A stretch of 64,000 nt of DNA from Chthonomonas calidirosea (GCA_945859975.1 CAMAPH010000001.1:1-64000), one strand, 5' to 3'; counted from the first letter of the stretch, positions 31,149-40,893 are shown. Translations and numbers: made by a program. Notes: generated from the sequence alone by a model not told the origin.

Positions 31149-31219
31149 TGAAGCCCTAATGGCTTTTCCCTACCGGGAAATTTTTGGGTCTCGAATTGCC
31201 ACCAAAAATGGTGACCAAC

Positions 31220-31285
31220 TCAATCGCCGTTCTTCTCCCTTGCAATGCAGGTGGCGGCCATGTTTCGCGTCATATGTCGTCTCAT
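31220..31285 (-). CDS. Candidate 21-aa small protein MRRHMTRNMAATCIAREKNGD
   Basis: AAGGAGG SD (31291-31297) 5 nt before the ATG; hairpins on both sides. Confidence 0.4.
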   Translation of the reverse strand: MRRHMTRNMAATCIAREKNGD

Positions 31286-31321
31286 GTGTTCCTCCTTTCG
31301 GCCCGGTTTTTCGGGTCCGAT

Positions 31322-32140
31322 TTACCTTGTCGTGAATCGTTTTTCATCGACATATGTTAAGACGCCATTAAAGTCAACGGGTTTCAAAGTTTTTTTCGAT
31401 TTTCTAAAATCCGTTGGCCGTTGACCGGTCAACCTCAGAAATCGCTCGCTAAAGTGAAAAGGATCGCTGAAACCAACCTGCTCTGCGATGCTTTGCACCT
31501 TGGAGTCCGTCAGGGTGAGCAACGTTTGAGCGCGCTCCATCCGCTGGCGCTCCACGTAGTCACGTAAGCTCGATTTCATAGAATCTCGAAAGAGGTGCGC
31601 AAGTCGCGAAGGTGACAATCCCACAACTTTGCTGAGATGATTCACGTCCAGATTCCCGGGCAGATTGGCGCCAATGTACTCAACCACGGTCTGAATACGG
31701 GGGTCGAGTAAGACAGCATTACCGTCTTCACCGGTGAGCAAAAAGACTCGTTCCAAAGAATTCATCCCGAGTTCCTCCTTTCGAGCGAGCCCGCTAAGCC
31801 CATCGTTCACCGCTTGGAAGAATGCGGCAATCGCGGGTTCCGGGGCTTCGTCAAGCAAGAAAATGGAACTCCCATGCGACGGCCAGCGGTTCCATTCCCC
31901 CCAACGAATTGGCGGATGAAAGTGCGCCCAAAGAAACTCCCACTCGCCGCTAGCCGGAACTCCGTAATCGTGGTACTCCCCCGGCACGAGCAGCGCCGCT
32001 TGATGTCTTGTCAGGCTGATCTCAAAGTCACGCCCCCGCACAAAGCCTTGTCCGCGCAAAGTCATCATCATCAGCCAACTTGTTGCGCCGGTTGAGCGCA
32101 CGGTCCGGTAACCGGGCCCCTCGCGAAAGTGGCCTGTCAC
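31322..32140 (-). CDS. AraC family transcriptional regulator
   Basis: AraC-like N-domain plus HTH (LSPSRLAHLF, VGFSDPFHFSERF); divergent from the PhyH gene. Confidence 0.92.
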   Translation of the reverse strand: MTGHFREGPGYRTVRSTGATSWLMMMTLRGQGFVRGRDFEISLTRHQAALLVPGEYHDYGVPASGEWEFLWAHFHPPIRWGEWNRWPSHGSSIFLLDEAPEPAIAAFFQAVNDGLSGLARKEELGMNSLERVFLLTGEDGNAVLLDPRIQTVVEYIGANLPGNLDVNHLSKVVGLSPSRLAHLFRDSMKSSLRDYVERQRMERAQTLLTLTDSKVQSIAEQVGFSDPFHFSERFLRLTGQRPTDFRKSKKTLKPVDFNGVLTYVDEKRFTTR

Positions 32141-32240
32141 AAGCTGAGCAACGATTGGATCATCGTAAATAGCAGATTCTTTAATGCCTATAGCATATCC
32201 TTCTATTCGACCTAGCCGAGGTTGCAGTCAAAATATTAAT

Positions 32241-33092
32241 ATGTCGATTCAAGATTCACCGCTGAAATTACAGTTCGATTCCGATGGATATGCGATTGCG
32301 AGGGGACGATTCTCATCCGATGAGTGCGACGCATATTCCAAGTACTTCACGGACATGATTGAACGCGGAGGAGATGGCTATGCAGAAATTTGGGGTTCCG
32401 CCAACCTCAACGACCCTTTGGTCAGATATCCCCGATTGATGCAGCCTCATCGGTCTGATTCCGTCGCGTTCAGTTTTATGATCGATCCACGAATTGCCGA
32501 CGACCTAACGACGCTTTGTGAGACTCCGCCGTTGGCCGTTCAAACCATGGTCTATTACAAGCCCGCCGGAGCACGTGGCCAAGCGCTCCACCAAGACCAG
32601 CGCTATCTCAACGTTCAGCCTGGAACCTGCATTGCGGCATGGCTCGCGCTTGACGATTGCGACGATGAAAACGGCTGCCTAACCGTGGTTCCGGGCACCC
32701 ACAATATTCCGGTCCTGTGCCCCATCGCGAGTGACCCTGAGCAGTCATGGACCGGAGAGACTGTGCCAGTTCCGCCCGGCATGACCGTGAAGCCGATTCA
32801 CATGAAGCGAGGAGATGTCCTTTACTTCAATGGCCAACTGATTCACGGCTCTGGCAAAAATATTTCGAAAGATCGATTCCGACGAACGCTGATCGCGCAC
32901 TACATCGATGGTGCCGCGGAATCGGTGAGTAAGCACTACTTCCCGGTTTGGAATCTAGCGGGCGAAATCGTGTCCCAAGTTCAGCCAGGCATCGACGGCG
33001 AAGGTGGCCCCTGCGGCGTCCCACGCGAGGATGAAGGGGAGATTCGTTACGAGATCGTAGGTTCGGTTAGCGCGGCCTTAGCCGCGCACTGA
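32241..33092 (+). CDS. Phytanoyl-CoA dioxygenase (PhyH) family 2OG-Fe(II) oxygenase
   Basis: HQD iron motif, WLALDD..ENGCL.VVPGTH, HGSGKN...RR. Confidence 0.92.
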   Translation: MSIQDSPLKLQFDSDGYAIARGRFSSDECDAYSKYFTDMIERGGDGYAEIWGSANLNDPLVRYPRLMQPHRSDSVAFSFMIDPRIADDLTTLCETPPLAVQTMVYYKPAGARGQALHQDQRYLNVQPGTCIAAWLALDDCDDENGCLTVVPGTHNIPVLCPIASDPEQSWTGETVPVPPGMTVKPIHMKRGDVLYFNGQLIHGSGKNISKDRFRRTLIAHYIDGAAESVSKHYFPVWNLAGEIVSQVQPGIDGEGGPCGVPREDEGEIRYEIVGSVSAALAAH

Positions 33093-34057
33093 GCTTCTTT
33101 GAGTCGCTCCTTCCGCCTGGCCCGATAGGCCTGGCGGCGGAGCTTGATTCGCTCCGAGCGCAATTCGATCGCGAGTTTGCCGTTCTCTTCTCGCCGACGC
33201 TCAGAGTGAATGCACGCCTCTGAACACGAGCGGAAGAACTTCTCCTCGCATTCCTCGCAACAAGTGAACTGCTTGTTGCAATCCACACTGGCGCAGTTGA
33301 TAAACCTTGCAATTTCAACGCCGCAATGTAGGCATCGCGTAACCGGGGTCACGTTAGGACCGATCGGTACGGTGACGCGGTCGTCGAAGACGTAGCACAC
33401 GCCCTCCCAATGCTCTCCCTGGGTCTGCTCGTCCTTGCCGTAGGTAACGATGCCGCCGTGGAGTTGAAAGACGTTCTCGATCCCCTGATCGACCAAGTAA
33501 GCCGTCAGCTTCTCGCACCGAATTCCGCCGGTGCAGTAGGTCAAGATCGGACGCTCCTCGCCGGGCTCGATCACCGTGCGCAGCCAGTCCGGGAACTCCT
33601 TGAAAGTCTTCACGTCCGGTCGGACCGCACCCTTGAATCGCCCCACTTCGAACTCGTAGTCGTTCCGAATATCTAGAATCAGCGGATTCTCGGTCTCCAT
33701 CATCGCCTTGAATTCGGCAGGTTCCAGATGCTTTCCGGTCTTTTCCCAAGGCTCACATTCATGGCCAAGCGTGACGATTTCCGCGCGGGCTTTTACGCTC
33801 AGTCTGCCAAAAGCGTGGCCCTCGAACGGGTCGATCTTGTACTCGGTCTCCGCAAAAAGCGGATGCGCCTCCATCCATGCCCGGTACGCGTCACACTCGG
33901 CTACGAGCCCGGAAACCGTGCCGTTGATTCCTTCCGGCGCGACGATGATCCTGCCCTTCAAGTTGAGCCGCATGCAAATTTCAAGTAAAGCGTCCCGCTC
34001 GCTAACGGCGTCAGCGACCGGGACAAACTTATAGAAGAGCAAGATTTGGTAATCCAT
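33047..34057 (-). CDS. trhO: Oxygen-dependent tRNA uridine(34) hydroxylase (YceA/UPF0176 rhodanese family)
   Basis: LLFYKF, EGINGT, DIRNDYE...GRF, YCTGGIRCEK, CYVFDDR, C-terminal Cys cluster. Confidence 0.92.
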   Translation of the reverse strand: MDYQILLFYKFVPVADAVSERDALLEICMRLNLKGRIIVAPEGINGTVSGLVAECDAYRAWMEAHPLFAETEYKIDPFEGHAFGRLSVKARAEIVTLGHECEPWEKTGKHLEPAEFKAMMETENPLILDIRNDYEFEVGRFKGAVRPDVKTFKEFPDWLRTVIEPGEERPILTYCTGGIRCEKLTAYLVDQGIENVFQLHGGIVTYGKDEQTQGEHWEGVCYVFDDRVTVPIGPNVTPVTRCLHCGVEIARFINCASVDCNKQFTCCEECEEKFFRSCSEACIHSERRREENGKLAIELRSERIKLRRQAYRARRKERLKEAQCAAKAALTEPTIS

Positions 34058-34084
34058 CACGAAGCCCTGTAGGCTCCCTATAGA

Positions 34085-34657
34085 TTACTTGCTCGCTTTG
34101 AAGGTGAGCGCATCGGAGTTGATGCAGAACCGAAGGCCGCCCTTGTCGGATGGGCCGTCGTCAAAGACGTGACCCAAGTGACCGTCACATCGGGCGCACA
34201 AAACTTCGTCGCGAATCATTCCGTACGAACTGTCCCGCTTGGTCCAGGTGTTTGCCTTGCTCACCGGTTGGAAGAAGCTTGGCCAGCCCGTACCGGAATC
34301 AAACTTCGCGTTACTCGCGAAGAGCGGCAGTTCGCAACCTGCGCAGTGGTACACGCCCGTCTTCTTGTTATCGTGGAATCGACCGCAGAACGCAGCTTCC
34401 GTTCCCTTAACTCGCAGAATCTTGTATTGCTCCGGAGTTAGGCGCTTCTTCCACTCGGCGTCCGTGCGTACAACTTTGTCCTTTCGCTTTGGGCTTCCGG
34501 GCTCAACCCCCGACATGCCACCAACCTCGTCTTTGGGCTTCGAAACCGCCCCGTTCGATTGCATCGATGCGGTCGCGAACGCTCCTAGCACAACGAGTCC
34601 AACCACACTTACGGCGAGTAATCCAATCTGCATATTCGTCACAACGTTTTGTTTCAT
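34085..34657 (-). CDS. msrB: Peptide-methionine (R)-S-oxide reductase with N-terminal signal/anchor
   Basis: KFDSGTGWPSF, HLGHVFDDGP, RFCINS, two CxxC. Confidence 0.95.
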   Translation of the reverse strand: MKQNVVTNMQIGLLAVSVVGLVVLGAFATASMQSNGAVSKPKDEVGGMSGVEPGSPKRKDKVVRTDAEWKKRLTPEQYKILRVKGTEAAFCGRFHDNKKTGVYHCAGCELPLFASNAKFDSGTGWPSFFQPVSKANTWTKRDSSYGMIRDEVLCARCDGHLGHVFDDGPSDKGGLRFCINSDALTFKASK

Positions 34658-34688
34658 CTTTTTGCTCCCAAGACCACAATTTCTGGGC

Positions 34689-35042
34689 CTACGGTCGCTG
34701 AAGCGAATTCGGATCTTCGCCACAAAGCAGTCCGATCCGCGCTCCTTCTTTCCCAAGCCCTAGCAACTCGAACAAGTTCCGCATTCGCTGACCGATCCGA
34801 TCTGATTTCACCCCTTCCAGCTGAATATCGGCAACTAGCAGCCTTGCTTCGGCACTTGCGGAAAGGCAAATTTCCTCTTCTGTCCCGGGACCTTGCAAGA
34901 TTTCTTCGAGCCGTCCGAGTCGCGCAAGGCTGAGGTGCGGCGCGGAATCACCAACCACCCCTTGCAATAAAATGTACTGGACTCGACCGACAACGGTGAG
35001 CGCGTGCTCAATATCTATCGGAACGTTGAAAAAGCGGTCCAT
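34689..35042 (-). CDS. Hypothetical protein
   Basis: 117-aa ORF filling the msrB-sufC gap; TAAAGT 5 nt before the ATG. Confidence 0.45.
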   Translation of the reverse strand: MDRFFNVPIDIEHALTVVGRVQYILLQGVVGDSAPHLSLARLGRLEEILQGPGTEEEICLSASAEARLLVADIQLEGVKSDRIGQRMRNLFELLGLGKEGARIGLLCGEDPNSLQRP

Positions 35043-35163
35043 CAGTAACTTTATCTACGGGTCAAGCGCGCGAAAAAAACCTGCATTGCATGATTGCTTG
35101 AAAGATTATCGATATCAGCGATGCGAGCCTGGAACAACGTGACCAGCGGATGCGGACCGGAAA

Positions 35164-35180
35164 CTGTACGAAAGTGTCAA
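35164..35180. promoter_or_regulatory. Candidate Rrf2-family operator upstream of sufC
   Basis: Minus strand TTGAC-ACTTTC-GTACAG, same motif as 40038-40054. Confidence 0.55.
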
Positions 35181-35218
35181 CTTTCATGTCACAATTTCCG
35201 TAGATCGCAATGCCGTCC

Positions 35219-35977
35219 ATGTTAGTTATTCAGAACCTCCAAGCCCGCGTTGAAGAGAAAGAAATTCTCCGCGGTATCAGCCTCACCGTCAACGCTGGCG
35301 AAGTCCACGCGATCATGGGCCCGAACGGATCGGGCAAGTCCACCCTCGCCTCAATCTTGGCAGGCAAGCAGGACTATGAAGTGACCGGCGGATCGGTGGA
35401 TTTTGATGGAGAGGACCTTCTTGAACTTGATCCCGAAGAGCGGGCGGCCGCAGGACTCTTCCTCGCATTCCAATATCCAATCGAGATCCCAGGTGTCACG
35501 AACACCTACTTCCTCCGCGCTGCCTTGAACAACGTTCGCAAAGCTCGCGGCGAAGCTGAGCTCACGATGACGGAGTTCATGAAGCACATTCGCAGCAAGG
35601 TCGAAATGATGGAACTGGATCCATCCCTCCTCAGCCGATCTGTCAACGAAGGCTTCTCGGGCGGAGAAAAGAAGCGGAACGAAATCTTCCAGATGGCCGT
35701 TCTCGAACCAAAGCTGTGTGTGCTCGACGAGACCGACTCTGGCCTCGACATTGATGCGCTCAAGATCGTCGCGAATGGCGTGAACCACCTCAGGGGCGAG
35801 GGCCGCGGAATCATCGTCGTGACCCACTACCAGCGCTTGCTGGACTACATCGTTCCCGACTTCGTACATGTTCTCATGGAAGGTCGCATCGTGAAAAGCG
35901 GCGGCAAAGAACTTGCTCATGAGCTTGAAGCCAAGGGTTATAGCTTCATCGAAGAGGAGCTGGCGGCCGCCCGATGA
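35219..35977 (+). CDS. sufC: Fe-S cluster assembly ATPase
   Basis: GPNGSGKST, FLAFQYPIEIPGV, NEGFSGGEKKRNE, LDETDSGLDIDAL. Confidence 0.97.
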   Translation: MLVIQNLQARVEEKEILRGISLTVNAGEVHAIMGPNGSGKSTLASILAGKQDYEVTGGSVDFDGEDLLELDPEERAAAGLFLAFQYPIEIPGVTNTYFLRAALNNVRKARGEAELTMTEFMKHIRSKVEMMELDPSLLSRSVNEGFSGGEKKRNEIFQMAVLEPKLCVLDETDSGLDIDALKIVANGVNHLRGEGRGIIVVTHYQRLLDYIVPDFVHVLMEGRIVKSGGKELAHELEAKGYSFIEEELAAAR

Positions 35978-37308
35978 CCACCGACTTACGCGCGAAAGAG
36001 GATACGTTCACAGAGATATTCAATGCCGCTCATGCGGTTCTGAACACCTTAGCCGACGGTCGCTTTGCCGACGTCCGAGAGCGTGGGATTCACAAGTTCC
36101 GGGAGTACGGCGTCCCTACCCATCGAGACGAGGAGTTCAAGTACCTCAGTCTCCGGAATCTGAACGAGACCGCCTTCCAAATCGCTTATGGCGCGACCGT
36201 GTCGCGAGGCGACCTGACTCACCCCATCGTCTCGATCGATGCCATCACCTTGGCGTTCGTGAATGGGCAGTACGCGCCAGAACTAAGCACGGCCGACACG
36301 CTTCCTGATGGCGTGTATGTCGGTCCTTTTGAGGAACTTCCATTCGAAGTCGACCAAGCGTTCGAAAAGCAATTCGGTCGCGTGGCAAACCTTGTCGGGA
36401 AACTTGGCACCACAAACGACGAACGGTTTACCTACCTCAACCAAGCCTTCTTCGCCGACATCGCCGTGATTTACGTTCCGGAAAACGTCGTAGTCGAGCG
36501 ACCGATCCACATTCTCAATCTCAGCACTGCAAATCGCGGTTCGCTGATCTCCGCACCGCGCGCTTACGCTTACTTCAGCACCAATTCTCAGGCCAAGCTG
36601 ATCGAGTCGTTCATCGGTTTGGAAGGGAATTACCTAAACGTTCCGGTCACCGAGGTCGTGCTGGAATCCGGCGCGATCGTGGTGCACGTTCGGGTTCAAG
36701 ACGAAACGCTAGCCGCGACTCACATCGGCACCCACGCCGTCCACCAGGATGCCTCCTCGAATTACACCGCGTTTAACGTGAACTTCGGAGGGCAGATCTA
36801 CCGAAACGATCTGAACGTTTGGCTCAATGGTTCCGGAACCGAAACTCGCTTGGACGGCGTGAACGTTGGCACAGCCAACCAGGTGATGGACAATCACACT
36901 CGAATCGACCACGCGTTCCCTCATTGCAACAGCTTTGAGGTCTACAAGTCGGTTCTGCGCGACAATGCCCAGGGAATCTTCAACGGCAAAATTTTCGTCT
37001 ACGAAGACGCGCAGAAAACCGATGCCAAGCAGACCAACCAAGCGCTGCTCCTATCTGCGACCGCGCAGATGAACTCCAAACCACAGTTGGAGATCTTTGC
37101 TGACGACGTCAAGTGCACCCACGGCGCCACCATTGGCCAGCTTCAGAAGGACGCTCTGTTCTATCTCCAAGCTCGAGGCATTCCCAAAGCCCAGGCCGAA
37201 TCTTTGCTCGTGTACGCCTTCGCTAATGACGTGCTTTCTCGCATATCGAGTGAAGCCGTTCGGCAAGCACTTGAGAATCGACTCTTCGACAAGTTAGAAG
37301 TCGCGTAA
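35974..37308 (+). CDS. sufD: Fe-S cluster assembly protein SufD
   Basis: FNGKIFV..DAQKTDAKQTN, KPQLEIFADDVKCTHGATIG, FYLQARGI. Confidence 0.95.
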   Translation: MTTDLRAKEDTFTEIFNAAHAVLNTLADGRFADVRERGIHKFREYGVPTHRDEEFKYLSLRNLNETAFQIAYGATVSRGDLTHPIVSIDAITLAFVNGQYAPELSTADTLPDGVYVGPFEELPFEVDQAFEKQFGRVANLVGKLGTTNDERFTYLNQAFFADIAVIYVPENVVVERPIHILNLSTANRGSLISAPRAYAYFSTNSQAKLIESFIGLEGNYLNVPVTEVVLESGAIVVHVRVQDETLAATHIGTHAVHQDASSNYTAFNVNFGGQIYRNDLNVWLNGSGTETRLDGVNVGTANQVMDNHTRIDHAFPHCNSFEVYKSVLRDNAQGIFNGKIFVYEDAQKTDAKQTNQALLLSATAQMNSKPQLEIFADDVKCTHGATIGQLQKDALFYLQARGIPKAQAESLLVYAFANDVLSRISSEAVRQALENRLFDKLEVA

Positions 37309-37310
37309 CC

Positions 37311-37628
37311 ATGGATCATCGCACCGCGCTCGCAGAGGCAGTCCGGCTCTACAAAGCTGGCGAAGACGATGCGGCTCACGAGATCGTTCAGGACATCGAC
37401 TCGCCGGCCGGTTCGTACCTCCACGGAATCTTGCACCGGGCAGAAGGTGATTACTCAAACGCGCGGTATTGGTTCATTCGTAGTAATGGATTACCGAAGC
37501 AACTCGGCATCGATGCGGATGCGCTCACCCGCGAGCTTCAGTCCCAAGCAGGAACCCCGACGCCGGAGTTGCAGAACCGGCTCAACGAAGAGCTAGATGC
37601 CGTTCTACGCTTCAGCCAAGAAGTTTGA
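37311..37628 (+). CDS. Conserved-looking hypothetical protein (AHEIVQD...HGILHRAEGD.SNA.YWF motif)
   Basis: 105 aa, tightly packed between sufD and sufS. Confidence 0.8.
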   Translation: MDHRTALAEAVRLYKAGEDDAAHEIVQDIDSPAGSYLHGILHRAEGDYSNARYWFIRSNGLPKQLGIDADALTRELQSQAGTPTPELQNRLNEELDAVLRFSQEV

Positions 37629-37629
37629 A

Positions 37630-38895
37630 ATGATTCAAGAACTCCCCAAGATTTCTACATCACTGTTCCCGAAGTCAGACTTTCCAAACCTGCTGACCGA
37701 AGTGAACGGACAGGCGCTCGCCTATCTCGATAGCGCGGCGAGCGCACAAAAACCACACGCCGCAACCGAAGCTACCGCCGCGTTCGTCGAGCACCAATAC
37801 GCAAACGTTCATCGCGGCGTACACACGCTCAGCCAACTAGCGACCGACGCTTACGAGCTCGTCCGGGGCCAAGTGAAAGTTGTCCTAAACGCTGCCGACC
37901 GAAACGAGATCATCTTCACCAAGGGTTGCACCGAGTCGATCAATCTTGTCGCCCAGAGCTTTGCGCGTCCGCTCCTTCAGCCAGGAGATGAGATTCTTCT
38001 TACCGAGCTCGAGCATCACTCCAATATCGTTCCTTGGCAATTGGCCGCTGAGGCGTCGGGTGCAAAGGTCATAGCGGCGAGAATCCACGATAACGGCGAG
38101 TTGGACATCGACGACTTTAAAGCCAAGCTGAACTCACGAACAAAGATCGTCGCCTTCACTCATATCAGCAATGCACTCGGGACAATCTTGCCCGCAAAGG
38201 TAATGACCCAGATGGCGCACGAGGTTGGTGCAACGGTGCTGATCGACGGCGCTCAGTCCGGACCGCACGCGGCGATCGATGTTCAAGAAATTGGCGCGGA
38301 CTTTTACGTTCTCAGCATCCACAAAATGTACGGCCCAACCGGAGTCGGGGTGCTGTACGGAAAGCTGAATCTCCTTGAGGCCATGCCTCCGTATCAAGGT
38401 GGTGGCAGCATGATCCGTTCGGTTAGCTTTGAAGAAACAACTTTCGCCGAGCTTCCCGCAAAATTCGAAGCGGGGACGCCGAACATTGCCGGCGTCGTGG
38501 GCCTAGGAGCCACCCTCGACTATATCGCCGGGCCAAACTGGAATCGAGACAGCTGGGTCCGTCGCGTTACGGAAATCGGAAACTATGAAGCGGTAGTCAG
38601 AGAATACGGCGTGAGCCAGTTAGCAGAAATCGAAGGATTGAGCGTGTACGGCGATGCGGAAGAAATTGCCGGAATCATTTCCTTCACCCTGAAGAATGTT
38701 CACCCGCACGACCTTGGCACGATCTTGGATAAGCACGGCGTTGCGGTGCGCGCCGGACACCACTGTTGCCAGCCCCTGATGAAACGGCTTGGCGTTCCTG
38801 CCACCGCACGGGCCAGCATCGCCGCCTATAACGACCTCGAAGACATGGATCGGCTAGCGTCAGCGGTTATTGCCGCAAAGGAGATTTTTGCATGA
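37630..38895 (+). CDS. sufS: Cysteine desulfurase
   Basis: YLDSAAS, ANVHRGVH, HKMYGPTG, RAGHHC (group II). Confidence 0.96.
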   Translation: MIQELPKISTSLFPKSDFPNLLTEVNGQALAYLDSAASAQKPHAATEATAAFVEHQYANVHRGVHTLSQLATDAYELVRGQVKVVLNAADRNEIIFTKGCTESINLVAQSFARPLLQPGDEILLTELEHHSNIVPWQLAAEASGAKVIAARIHDNGELDIDDFKAKLNSRTKIVAFTHISNALGTILPAKVMTQMAHEVGATVLIDGAQSGPHAAIDVQEIGADFYVLSIHKMYGPTGVGVLYGKLNLLEAMPPYQGGGSMIRSVSFEETTFAELPAKFEAGTPNIAGVVGLGATLDYIAGPNWNRDSWVRRVTEIGNYEAVVREYGVSQLAEIEGLSVYGDAEEIAGIISFTLKNVHPHDLGTILDKHGVAVRAGHHCCQPLMKRLGVPATARASIAAYNDLEDMDRLASAVIAAKEIFA

Positions 38896-39350
38896 GTTGG
38901 GACCTACGCGACCTTTACCAAGAAACAATCTTGGATCACCAGAAACACCCTCGTGGCAAGGGCGCATTGGAAAATGCGACTCACACCGCCACCGGTTACA
39001 ACCCGCTGTGTGGCGACAAAGTCACCATCCAGCTGGCGGTTAACGACGGCAAGATTGACGAAATCCGGTTCGACGGCGAAGGCTGCGCGATCTGTATGAG
39101 CAGCGCAAGCATGATGACCGTAAGCCTCCAGGGCCAGCCGGTCTCGGACGCGGAAGAACTTTTTCAGCGTATCCAGAAATTTTTGACCGCCAACGACGAG
39201 TCGGCCGCGATGGAAGATATCGACACTCTCGGCGACCTTGCCGCTCTCGGCGGCGTCCGCCGCTTGCCCGTGCGAATCAAGTGCGCGAATTTGCCGTGGC
39301 ACACCTTCAAGTCCGCGATCCAAGGAGAGCAAAGTGCAAAGACAGAATAG
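38892..39350 (+). CDS. sufU: SUF-system NifU-family sulfur-transfer/scaffold protein
   Basis: NPLCGD, GCAI, RIKCA with the SufU-type insertion. Confidence 0.94.
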   Translation: MSWDLRDLYQETILDHQKHPRGKGALENATHTATGYNPLCGDKVTIQLAVNDGKIDEIRFDGEGCAICMSSASMMTVSLQGQPVSDAEELFQRIQKFLTANDESAAMEDIDTLGDLAALGGVRRLPVRIKCANLPWHTFKSAIQGEQSAKTE

Positions 39351-39418
39351 GCCCTTTGACGGCGATTTAAACAATGTTTGCAAAAATTGCGATTTTTGGA
39401 GTATTTTAGTGATTAATC

Positions 39419-39652
39419 GTGGTACGAAATCCATTCCAGTCGAAACGCAAGGGGCCAGGAGAGTTGGCCAGAAGGCGAGCGGTGCTCCGCAACGTCGATC
39501 GCGTCTTACTTTCGGCCCTCACGGTGATGGGAATTCTCACCCTGATTTACGCTCGGCAAAACGCGCACCTCGATGCCTTCCCGACCCTCATTTGTGCGTT
39601 GGCGCTCGTAGGGTGGGGGGTAATCAGTTTGTTTATCTACCGGAAGCCTTGA
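39419..39652 (+). CDS. Small two-TM membrane protein
   Basis: 77 aa, basic N-terminus then two hydrophobic helices. Confidence 0.6.
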   Translation: MVRNPFQSKRKGPGELARRRAVLRNVDRVLLSALTVMGILTLIYARQNAHLDAFPTLICALALVGWGVISLFIYRKP

Positions 39653-39667
39653 GCTTAGGAGGCAAAG

Positions 39668-40030
39668 TTGCCTGAGCGCATCGCCGTAGATCGACCCGAG
39701 CAGCCGGGTCTTTCCCCCATTGCACGTTCTTTGTTCGCTAACGAAGTTGCGGAGCAAATCCGGACGGTTTACGACCCTGAACTTCCAGTCAACGTCTATG
39801 ACCTTGGGCTGATTTACGATATTCAGGTGGCTGACAACCGTGACGTGCATATCATGATGACCCTCACGAGCCCAGCGTGCCCGGTAGCAGGCACGTTGCC
39901 AGGTGAGGTTCAAATGGCGGCCCGGCAAACCCCTGGAATCGGCACCGTGACCCTCGAACTGACCTGGGATCCACCATTCACCATCGACTCGATGAGTGAG
40001 GAAGTCCGGCTCATGCTCGGACTCATGTAA
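39668..40030 (+). CDS. sufT: DUF59/SufT Fe-S assembly protein
   Basis: DPELPVNVYDLGLIY, MTLTSPACP, WDPP. Confidence 0.88.
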   Translation: MPERIAVDRPEQPGLSPIARSLFANEVAEQIRTVYDPELPVNVYDLGLIYDIQVADNRDVHIMMTLTSPACPVAGTLPGEVQMAARQTPGIGTVTLELTWDPPFTIDSMSEEVRLMLGLM

Positions 40031-40037
40031 ACTAATC

Positions 40038-40054
40038 TTGACGGAAAAGTACAG
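40038..40054. promoter_or_regulatory. Candidate Rrf2 autoregulatory operator
   Basis: TTGAC-GGAAAA-GTACAG between a TAAACT (40028-40033) and the rrf2 ATG. Confidence 0.55.
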
Positions 40055-40057
40055 ATA

Positions 40058-40534
40058 ATGAAATTCTCGTCGCAGGAAGAATACGGACTCCGTTGTCTGC
40101 TCCAAATCGCACGATTAGGAACGGAAGGCAGCCTCACGATTCCTGAGATCAGCCGCATCGAAGGCCTCAGTCAAACGCATGTGGCCAAACTGCTCATGAT
40201 CCTCCGAAAGGATGGAATTATCACGAGCACGCGCGGCCAAAGCGGCGGCTACTCGATTGCTCGCAAGCCGTCCGAAATCTCCGTCAAAGAGGTTCTCGAA
40301 GCCCTTGGCGGAAGACTTTACGACGCCGAATTCTGCGAGCGCCACACGGGCCAGCTTGACGTTTGCAAACACTCCGTCGATTGCGGACTCAAAAGCCTAT
40401 GGCAAGTAATCCAGGTTGCAGTCGATGATGTCGTTGGGAGCATTTCTCTCGCCGATCTGATCGCCGAGTCACAACCCGGACCCAACGTCTCCTTCTTCGC
40501 GGCTCCTGCCCGCCCTACGGTGCCAATCCGATAA
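40058..40534 (+). CDS. Rrf2 family transcriptional regulator with three Cys (Fe-S sensing, IscR-like)
   Basis: YGLR, STRGQSGGY, C-x9-C-x5-C. Confidence 0.92.
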   Translation: MKFSSQEEYGLRCLLQIARLGTEGSLTIPEISRIEGLSQTHVAKLLMILRKDGIITSTRGQSGGYSIARKPSEISVKEVLEALGGRLYDAEFCERHTGQLDVCKHSVDCGLKSLWQVIQVAVDDVVGSISLADLIAESQPGPNVSFFAAPARPTVPIR

Positions 40535-40893
40535 TGTCGAACCCATCCGAACTCGCCTTCCCCATCATCATCACCGACCGCGCCATTGCGCAGCTGCGGA
40601 GACTTTTGGAGCGAGACGGCCGGCCGGAAGCATTCTTGCGTGTCGGAGTGAAAGGCGGCGGTTGTTCTGGATTTGAGTACGTCACGCGAATCGACACGCA
40701 ATTGAAGCAAATCGACTTGGAACAAACCTTTGAGGGTGTGAAAGTGGTTTGTGACGCCAAGTCGGCCGTTTTCTTGCGGGGAGCCACGTTCGATTACACC
40801 GGCAACTTGATCGGCGGCGGATTCAAGTTCGAAAATCCAAACGTGGCCAAGAGTTGCGGTTGCGGTACAAGCTTCACTCCCAAAAAGGCTTAG
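40534..40893 (+). CDS. A-type Fe-S carrier (HesB/IscA/SufA family)
   Basis: GGGCSG, NPN...CGCGTSF. Confidence 0.94.
   Translation: MSNPSELAFPIIITDRAIAQLRRLLERDGRPEAFLRVGVKGGGCSGFEYVTRIDTQLKQIDLEQTFEGVKVVCDAKSAVFLRGATFDYTGNLIGGGFKFENPNVAKSCGCGTSFTPKKA

Noticed and set aside
31290..31335. c-di-GMP-I riboswitch suggested by GGTAAA plus a GAAA-containing hairpin
   Set aside because: Lacks the GACGCAAA/GGCGCAAA junction and the P3 tetraloop receptor
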